64,000 nucleotides of DNA from Paraspadella gotoi (Eukaryota; Animalia; Chaetognatha): the NCBI GenBank assembly GCA_051294375.1, contig CM119265.1, forward strand, positions 5,863,730 to 5,927,729. Direction: 5' to 3'. A program made the translations under genes and the position numbers. The notes under the pieces are model-generated. The model ran no database searches, was not told where the DNA came from, and saw only the letters and a list, made by a program, of their open reading frames with translations. This document shows, in pieces, positions 54,770 to 64,000 of the stretch (the stretch's first letter is position 1; each line of letters opens with the position of its first letter).

Positions 54770-54850
<81 letters not shown>

Positions 54851-54914
54851 GTGCCTTATGGAATCTTGTCGCGGGTTAAGATGGTCGCGGTCGTAACTCA
54901 AATGTAAGATGAAT

Positions 54915-57157
54915 GGTCCGTCGGGTCCGTAACTCAAAAGACTCGCGCCTTTTGCTCTGCGCGAAATCGATGCCATCGACGCGCCACCCTGTTCCATTTT
55001 CTAATTCAAATATTGTCACAGGCGCTTGCGACTAATTCACCTTCTTAGGTCTTTCTTCCAACGCTTTTGTCTTTTGATGGAAGTCGAGAGTCAAGTAACA
55101 GCACAATATGTTTCACATTAAACATTTAACATAAAATTTCAAAGCCAATTGTAATATTTTACCAATCTCTCAACTTTACGACGTTTATAACATAGCCTCC
55201 AAATTATTTTTCGTGACATAAAATATATTTTGAATATTGGCTGTTCATATTCAACAGAAAGTGAGAATATGTTATAGACTTCAAAGGAGATATAACCTAA
55301 ATGAATTCACATAATCTAAAATTTATACACAAAATGTTTGAAGTATAAACTCATTTTTTTATCTCCAACGTTTTTTTCTGCCATAAGCTCTGCACAAGCC
55401 TCTTTTGCCACTCTCCTCTTGTGCCTTCTTTCTCCTCATAACCACTTAGGAAATCGGATGATTATTCTCTTCCTCTTCCTATTGTGTTCAAGATTCTTTC
55501 ACGAGCTTCTTTTCATCTCGCTAATCTGTTAGTCATATTCTCGCTTTCTCTTTAATTTCTTTTACAATCATTTCTTATAGTATCAATTTAAAAATGAATT
55601 TTTGGTCTTTAACGTTAAAGTTTTTTTTATTTTTTGCTCGGAGCATGTTTTAAAATTACTCTTAATATTTACTTATTTCCAATTAGCACTACTCCACCTC
55701 TTTTTTCCTTTCTAAACCACAAAACTTGTGCTACCGAGACTTTTAACTTCTCTCCCTCCCTCTCTTCTCCTTCTTTACCGACTCCCATTATCAGCGTCGG
55801 AAAATATGATGGCCGCGATCTATTTTATGAATCGTTCCTCCAATTTTCTCTTTTTCTTTATTTTTCTATCTTCGCTTTTCCTTTTCTCTTTTTATTTTTA
55901 TTTTTTTTTCGATTTTCCTTCTAATTCTTCTTTTTAATATTTTTAATATTTTTTCCCAATTTCCTATCATTCCCTTTTTCTCGCGATTTCAGATCGGAGG
56001 CCGAAAGATTATTTGTTCTATTTTTGTTGTGTTATAAATAAATTTCGAAAATTTCCATTTTAATCTTTCTCCATCAAACTTATTCAAAACTAAATCGTCC
56101 CTATTCTTTCCTACCCCTTCCAAATTTTTCTTTCTCTCTTCCTTTTTCACTTTCCTTTTTCCTCCCTCCCAAATTTCTAAGTCCGTCAAATTCCCCGAAA
56201 GAAAATCTTCCCGAGACACATTCGATACTCGTTACAAATCAAATCTGTCTGTGGGAGAAAAAAGGAAGAAAAAAGAAAAATCTTAAAACTTTCACCATTG
56301 AACGAGTTTTTTTTTTTTCAATAAATAGAAAGATTTTATTTCTTTTTTTTAAAAAAAAAGGAAAAAGGGTTAAACGCGAAATAACTTGAGACCAAATGTG
56401 GATGAAAAATTCCGGTGATTCAACAAAGTGGTAAAGCTTTTGCGGCATATGAGCCGAACGCCATCTACCATCTGCTTTCGACCGTCCGCCTCTTGGAACC
56501 CATTCTTCTCTCTTTTCACCATGGACGACGACGACCACGACGATCGATCTGTCATATTTAATTCTTTTCTTCCAATTACTAATGGATTAATTTGAATAAA
56601 AAAAGATTTCAATCAGTTCCCAAATTTAATTCTGCGGGCTGGTTTCCCCCTCGTGTCGTCGTCGTCGTCGTCGTCGTCGTCGTTATTACCAATGCCAGAA
56701 TTTAAATGCGAGAAATAAGGCAGTTTTCTTCGCATTCTCCATTCGAGTTTTCGCTCATCGAAACTAAAAGATATTTAGCATTGACGACCTTTTGGCTCAC
56801 AATTCAACTTTTGATTTCATCTTGCCCGATTAGTCTCCGGTTATGGCAAAAAAAAAAAGATTGGGCGGTTTTTGGTTCCCGGGATCTCCGCCCCTGCACC
56901 TCCGTTGAATAACTTTGAGTTAGGAATTTGCCAACTTTTCTTTTTTCTTTGCTAATAAAAGGAATTTTATTTCCGCGTCGCTCTCAAGTTTCATGATCAA
57001 CGACAAAAACGAAGTCTCTTTTAGTCGAATTCGAACCCAACAAAAAAAATATATAGGATCCGTTTAAATGTTAAAAAAAACTTTACTTGTTTGGAATATT
57101 TTTCTCTCTCTCTCTCTCTCTCTCTTTCCTTCTTCTTTTTTTTTCTTCCTTTTTTTT

Positions 57158-57232
<75 letters not shown>

Positions 57233-58040
57233 TGCACTGCTCGTTCTCTATGTTTTGATCTATATTTGAAATCTCTTTAGAATTTTTCTGTCATCGTTCC
57301 TCGTCGCTTTTCCACGATTTTTTTTAGTTTGGCGTTTTTCTTATTTATCTTGTATTTCATTATTTTATTTTCGTTTTTCAAACTTGTTTTCTCCTCTTAT
57401 TTTCCCGCTTTTCCTCTTTTCCATTTTGTTTATTATGCACTTTTTTTCTCTTTTTCGCATTTGGATTTTTTCTTACTACTCATTCGTCCTTTTCGAGTTT
57501 TCATGTCATCAAAGCGATGTCTTCTATTTTCCTTCATTTTTTCGCATCATTTCTGAGCTTTTTCTTATTTTCTTTAATTTTTTTCTGTTTTGATTCTTTG
57601 TTCTTTCATTTTTTTTGTTTTTCATGCGCATAAAGAATAAAATTTAGGAAAAGTGAATAAAATAAGAAAGCTTTTAATTTGTTAAAAAAACAAAACAGCG
57701 AATTCGATGGTTTTTTACAAACAAAAACATCTAAACTACAATTACAACAGTTTGAATTTTTATAAAAATTTGGATCGATGATTAAATCTAACAATAAATT
57801 TATGAGATGAAATTTTATATTAAAACATTTTTAACTGTGCGAAACTGCGAATCGATCTGCGACATTTGCATTATGCAATGCTGCATTTAAATGATTACTG
57901 CTGATGTTTTCGAGTTGCGGACTGAGACTTAACTCTTTGAAGGTAAGGTCCCTTCGAAATGAATTGAGAGCAGAGTGATTCACGGCTATTACCTCGTTTG
58001 AAGTTTTTATAACCTCATCGGTTTTGTTGGAACCAATATT
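54915..58040 (-). repeat. Inverted duplicate of 39875-42929
   Basis: e.g. 39875 aaatattgttccaacaaaaccgatgagg / 58013 cctcatcggttttgttggaaccaatattt. Confidence 0.95.
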
Positions 58041-58046
58041 TCCCCT

Positions 58047-58114
<68 letters not shown>

Positions 58115-58354
58115 CTTCTCTCTCTCTTTCTTCTCTCATCTCTCTTCTCTTATCTCCTCTTTCCTCTGTCTCTCTCCGCCGTAATATCTCGTTTCTCGCT
58201 AGAACGATTTAACTACGTTATTTACACCTCCTTTCCTTCGTAATTCATTTTTTATTCTTCTCGTTTTTTCTCTCTTTCTTCCTTTTCTGACAGGTCGGGA
58301 TTTTCTTCTCTCTCTCTTCTCTCTCTCTGCGTGCTCTCTCTCTCTCTCTCTCTC

Positions 58355-58407
<53 letters not shown>

Positions 58408-60261
58408 CTCTCGGCCAAGGCAATGCTTGAAAAGAATTTTTCATTTTATTATTTTTTTTGTCATATTTTAATGCACATTTAACATTTAACCAGACCTATT
58501 TGTTAACGGTGGTTTTTTTTTTGGAGCCTGGGCTGAAAAGCAGTATTTTTTCAAAATGTTTTTGTCCAAGGTGTCCAACCCCATTAACCTCGCTGATCTC
58601 CTCAGCCGCTCCCTCTGTACTCGGAGGCGGCGCTCGCTGTACGCGCTTCTCTCTTCCGTGTCTCCGATTATAAATGAGTTGTAATTTTTTGTTAAATACA
58701 ATATAAATTATAAACTAGTTTTCATTATATTTTTTTGGGGGGTTTCTTTTTCTTATGTATTTGCTACTTGATCCCTTTTTCTTTCTTTATTTTCTCTTTC
58801 TTTAAACTTTCCTTGCCTTTGTTTTTTTTTGTTATTTTATACCGGCAACTTCCCTGACATGGCTTAAATATCTTTTTATGGTTTCGCATTACTTATTCCC
58901 TGCTCTTCAAAGTGTTTTCTTTATTCCTCCCTCATAATCAATCAATTACGCGTTAATCGCTTTTTTTTNNNNNNNNNNNNNNNNNNNNNNNNNNNNNNNN
59001 NNNNNNNNNNNNNNNNNNNNNNNNNNNNNNNNNNNNNNNNNNNNNNNNNNNNNNNNNNNNNNNNNNNNNNNNNNNNNNNNNNNNNNNNNNNNNNNNNNNN
59101 NNNNNNNNNNNNNNNNNNNNNNNNNNNNNNNNNNNNNNNNNNNNNNNNNNNNNNNNNNNNNNNTTTTTTCTCTCTCTCTCTCTCTCACCCTTTTTATTTT
59201 TCTTTAGAATAAAAAATAAAAGTTGATAGTTTTTTTTTTCTTTTTTTAATGGAAATGGATTTTCTTTAGCGATTCTTCTTTCTTTTCCGCCTCGTTTCAG
59301 GTCACAAGGACGAATGGGTGGTTGTAAAATCAGTTTCTCTTTTTTAAAAAAAAGAAATTTTTACTCATTTCTCGTTTCCTTTTTTGACTTTTCTTTTTCT
59401 TTCTTCCTTATTTTCTCTCATCCATCCATTTCGATTTTCATTCTTTCTCCTCTGCTATTTTTCTTCTCCTTTGTTTTTTCTGGGTTTTTTTTTTCATGAA
59501 AAGTGGACAGCCAGTCCCTTCTGTTTCCAGCTGCCGTTGGCTTGCATATTTTCTTAGCCTGTCACCGCCTGTCTCCCGTCTCCTTCTTAGCCTGACACCG
59601 CCTGTCGCCCGTCTCCTTCTCTCTTCAAGTCAACGTCTCTTTCTTGCTCATTTCTTTTAGCTCTCAATTCTCTATCATCTTCGCGCGTTTCAGCTCACCT
59701 TTCCTTGACTTTCCTTTCTATTATTCCCTTCCTTTATTTTCCTTCCATTTCTTTCCGATCTCCCAACTTTCCTCTTTCACGATAAACCGACCGCAACAGC
59801 AGGTTTAATTTTCGATATCTTTCGCTCTTAGAAAATGTTAGATAAAAACTGACGATTTTCGAATCCTTTTGTACTAACATTTTTTCTTCATCTTTATATT
59901 CCCTTTTGTCTTTTTATTCTCCTTTTTTTTACGCCAAATTTTTTTCTATCAGTTTTTATGAATCATCCCGTTACCATAAGCTTTATCCGTCTGCGGTAAT
60001 AATTTATCCAAAATAAAATGCTAACTGCAGGCAATTTGCAATCAGATTATTAAAATCAATTTAACAATATTAGCTTTAAAAATGACGTCATAAAAAATAT
60101 CGTAAGTTAATAGTTTCCCTATACCATGACACGTCTTTCTTTTTCTTCTTGTCTTATTCTTTCTCCCAATGAAGTAAATAACTTTCTCCACTCCTTCCTC
60201 GCATCCTATGTTGTCGACCTACACTCGTGTCGTCAACCACTCAGCTTCCGAATTGAGATTA

Positions 60262-60318
<57 letters not shown>

Positions 60319-61914
60319 CCGTCGTCTCGAGATTAGACGCTTCTACGAGGTAATAAAGCCATAAAGTTATAAACTTTGAGAGTCTCCTCGTAGACGAAGG
60401 AAAAGGATTCAAAAATGGAGGAGATTTCCAAACGGAAGGCGGGGAGGGAAAAACGGAAAGAATTTGGAAAAGAAGATGAAAGATATAACTATGTTTTTAA
60501 AAGAAACAAATTACGGTCTAAAATGTAGAAAATTGAAACAAAGAGTGAGAATTGACTCTTGTTACTAATTGTTCTGTTTCGTTGTTTTGTTATTTTTACG
60601 TAGAAATAGGATATTTTTATTCCATGCAGTAAACACTATTAGATATGACTATCCATGACTATTTATGACTATTAATTACTAGACAATGCGACACAGTCGA
60701 CATTTAGAATATAAATCATCTAAATATGAAAAAAATTCTAAATATATTTATTCGTTAAACGTTGCCAAGTGCCAAGATTAAAAGACGAGATTTAGATCGC
60801 ATCGTAATACCCTGTGACAGACTTTGATTTTGGCTGNNNNNNNNNNNNNNNNNNNNNNNNNNNNNNNNNNNNNNNNNNNNNNNNNNNNNNNNNNNNNNNN
60901 NNNNNNNNNNNNNNNNNNNNNNNNNNNNNNNNNNNNNNNNNNNNNNNNNNNNNNNNNNNNNNNNNNNNNNNNNNNNNNNNNNNNNNNNNNNNNNNNNNNN
61001 NNNNNNNNNNNNNNNNNNNNNNNNNNNNNNNNNNNNNNNNNNNNNNNNNNNNNNNNNNNNNNNNNAAAAAAAAAAAAGATTTATTATCTGATGTCACATA
61101 AAATGGCTCATGAAACATTGAACGTGAAAACAAACGTGAACACAAACGTGAACACAACAACAAAACTGAACGACAAATATAAAAATTATCATTTCAAATT
61201 TCAAATTTTGTCAAATGCGCTGATGAAGGTTTGCACTGATAAACCGAAACATTCAATGAATTCAACGTTGTATAAAGAAAACAAAAACTTTATCTACTAA
61301 TTTCGAAAACAACGAAACGAAAGTAATTTATCCAATCAAAAATTAACCTTTATTTCAATAAATAATCTCTCTTGCCTCCTGACTTGTGACAGGTTATATC
61401 AGTTTGTATTTTTTGTGGCACGGAATTTTTTTGCCTCGGTACCAATCTGGAACAATTTTATTCTGGTTTTTTTTTTCTCGCAAGATATCTGAATGGCTCC
61501 ATGTCACTGGCTTGACATGCATGGGGCTCAAAATCCGTTCAGAAAAATGTCATTCGGACTCGATGTATACATACCAATTTCGCCTTACTTGTTCCGAGAA
61601 CATAAAATTAGTATATAAAACCAAAATAAAATTATCCAATTAATATTGATTCCAATTTAATATAGATCAATTCAATATCAGTGTGACTGTCTGGTGAAAA
61701 ACAATGGATCCTCCTTGAGTCATTTGTAAATGAAACGTTTTGTCCTTCACATTCGTTCACCATCTTTCACTTACCCCCATCCTCATATTCACCATCGCCT
61801 GTGATTCTCTTTTAGGTGCCTGCCTCCTTTAAATCCTCTTCCCCAGTAAAGCCGCATATCCAAACATAATTGGCTACGAGAATAACAAGACTTCATTTCC
61901 GTTCAAACGAGACT

Positions 61915-61946
<32 letters not shown>

Positions 61947-61997
61947 AGATATTCAATCCCCTCCGTGGATATAAAAAAATTAATATCGTTTAATAAC

Positions 61998-62043
<46 letters not shown>

Positions 62044-62136
62044 CTTTCTTTCTTCCTGTTTTTCCTTTTTCTTTGATTAAGTTTCTGCGGTGCGAAGCCG
62101 AGCAGGAGGTAAGAGAAGTTGACGTCTATATATTGA

Positions 62137-62171
<35 letters not shown>

Positions 62172-63182
62172 NNNNNNNNNNNNNNNNNNNNNNNNNNNNN
62201 NNNNNNNNNNNNNNNNNNNNNNNNNNNNNNNNNNNNNNNNNNNNNNNNNNNNNNNNNNNNNNNNNNNNNNNNNNNNNNNNNNNNNNNNNNNNNNNNNNNN
62301 NNNNNNNNNNNNNNNNNNNNNNNNNNNNNNNNAACAAATAAAAACAGAGGAAACCGAGTTTGAATTAGTTTTCGAGAAAATTGTTTTCCGACATTTGAAG
62401 GACAAATTAAAAAGGCAATGGAGATATCAGAAAATGTTGGGCTCACAAAGAGCAGTTCATTCGAGTGACAATGATATCTGATTTATTGATATGCGTTGAT
62501 TCATCTTTCTAAGATATTTAAAATATTTATAAAAGCTGATACAAATATTATAACATGTTTTAAAAGTTTTAATAACTGATTTTTTTTTAATTAAATAATG
62601 TACTAAAAATTGAAAAAGATATGATTTCTCTCATTGTGGTATAATCCTTTCTTTTCGTTGTGTAATAATTAGAAGAGTTTGAAATGAATTTTCAACAACG
62701 ATTTTATTTTAATAAAAAACGGACATGTTTCGGCTTAACTACAAGCCTTCTCTCATTAATTTAATAAATTAAAATAATTTTTAAACATAAGACTTTAATT
62801 TATAATATGATTTATTTTTTTCAGACTATATTCTAAATCACGTTGTACTTAACTTGGTAAACTAATCTTACAGCTAAGCCACCGCATCGTTGATTAACAG
62901 AGAATTAGCTGGCATCTAGGGAATGACACCTTTAGAATTTATGATTTGTCTTTTATTACTTTTATTCTTGATTGAAATATAAAACGGAATTCATAAAATA
63001 AGAAATCAAACGAATTCAATCACTTTGAAATGAANNNNNNNNNNNNNNNNNNNNNNNNNNNNNNNNNNNNNNNNNNNNNNNNNNNNNNNNNNNNNNNNNN
63101 NNNNNNNNNNNNNNNNNNNNNNNNNNNNNNNNNNNNNNNNNNNNNNNNNNNNNNNNNNNNNNNNNNNNNNNNNNNNNNNNNN

Positions 63183-63441
63183 GAAGTCGATGATTGGCTG
63201 AACGCGACCATGTCAACGATCGGCGATTGGCTGCGCTCGATTTTCTCTCTCCCATCGACGTCACGAATTGACGTCACGAATCAGCGTCACGGACGCGCGA
63301 CGAATGTTTAGATAAGCGAAAAATCGCGGCGACACTTGAACGTTGGCGAAGCGTAACGCGGCGAGGGTTTGCGCGTCACGTTTACGTCACGATGACGTCA
63401 ATATCGCGTGGCGTCAATTGAATCCGACGGCAAAGTCACGA
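63183..63441. promoter_or_regulatory. CpG-rich promoter-like island with CRE and CCAAT motifs
   Basis: TGACGTCA at 63269 and 63393, at least five further CGTCA half-sites, and two GATTGGCT (reverse CCAAT) motifs near 63192 and 63224. Confidence 0.45.
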
Positions 63442-64000
63442 NNNNNNNNNNNNNNNNNNNNNNNNNNNNNNNNNNNNNNNNNNNNNNNNNNNNNNNNNNN
63501 NNNNNNNNNNNNNNNNNNNNNNNNNNNNNNNNNNNNNNNNNNNNNNNNNNNNNNNNNNNNNNNNNNNNNNNNNNNNNNNNNNNNNNNNNNNNNNNNNNNN
63601 NNNNNNNNNNNNNNNNNNNNNNTTTCCTTTCCTTTTCTCTCTGTCCCTTGCTCCAGCAGCTATTCTCATCTTTCCTTCTTCTTTATCTTTTTTTTTTCTC
63701 TCTTCTATTGGTCATCCCATCGTTGCCTCTTTTATCTTCACACAGCTGTACGTATCTCGGGTCTTTGCCGTCGCGTCTTTCTCAGTCGGTCTGTCCGATA
63801 GTCCGCCCATCTTGCTTTTTCATATTAATTAGTCCGACGGGCGTTTTATAAGTTAGCTAAAAAAAACGTTTCTGGTCCCAATAATTTACGGTAGTCCTCT
63901 ATGGAATTGGTTCGACCATTAAAATCGCCTCACCCGATAGTCTCTCCATCTCTATCTCTTACTTTCATAACTCACCCTTTCCATCCCGCGCCTTCATTCT

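Noticed and set aside
209-63851. Most ORFs in the track (SLSL, RERE, YLSI, poly-F/K, X-filled)
   Set aside because: They are translations of microsatellites, homopolymers or N gaps.

Overview
Eukaryotic (probably animal) low-complexity scaffold, rich in (GA)n/(CT)n, (GAC)n and poly-A/T tracts, with no prokaryotic genes, rRNA, tRNA or CRISPR. Almost all ORFs in the supplied track are microsatellite read-throughs. Much of the window is redundant: one ~9-10 kb locus appears 2-4 times in mixed orientation (2.5-28.1 kb) and a second locus appears twice, inverted (39.9-58.0 kb). The copies differ by dense random indels and are punctuated by eight gaps of exactly 25 N, which points to long-read gap-filling artefacts. 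Comparing the noisy copies by eye recovers likely biology: (1) a candidate circularly permuted (type P5) twister ribozyme inside a ~210-bp hairpin-rich element, antisense in an intron; (2) a spliced gene with two phase-compatible exons encoding a probable secreted or membrane-anchored protein; (3) a ~600-bp fold-back MITE and a ~200-bp (CATT)n-tailed insert, each present in only one copy of its locus; (4) a ~70-bp satellite of ~40 units; (5) a CRE/CCAAT-dense CpG-rich island. All consensus peptides are manual reconstructions from error-containing copies.
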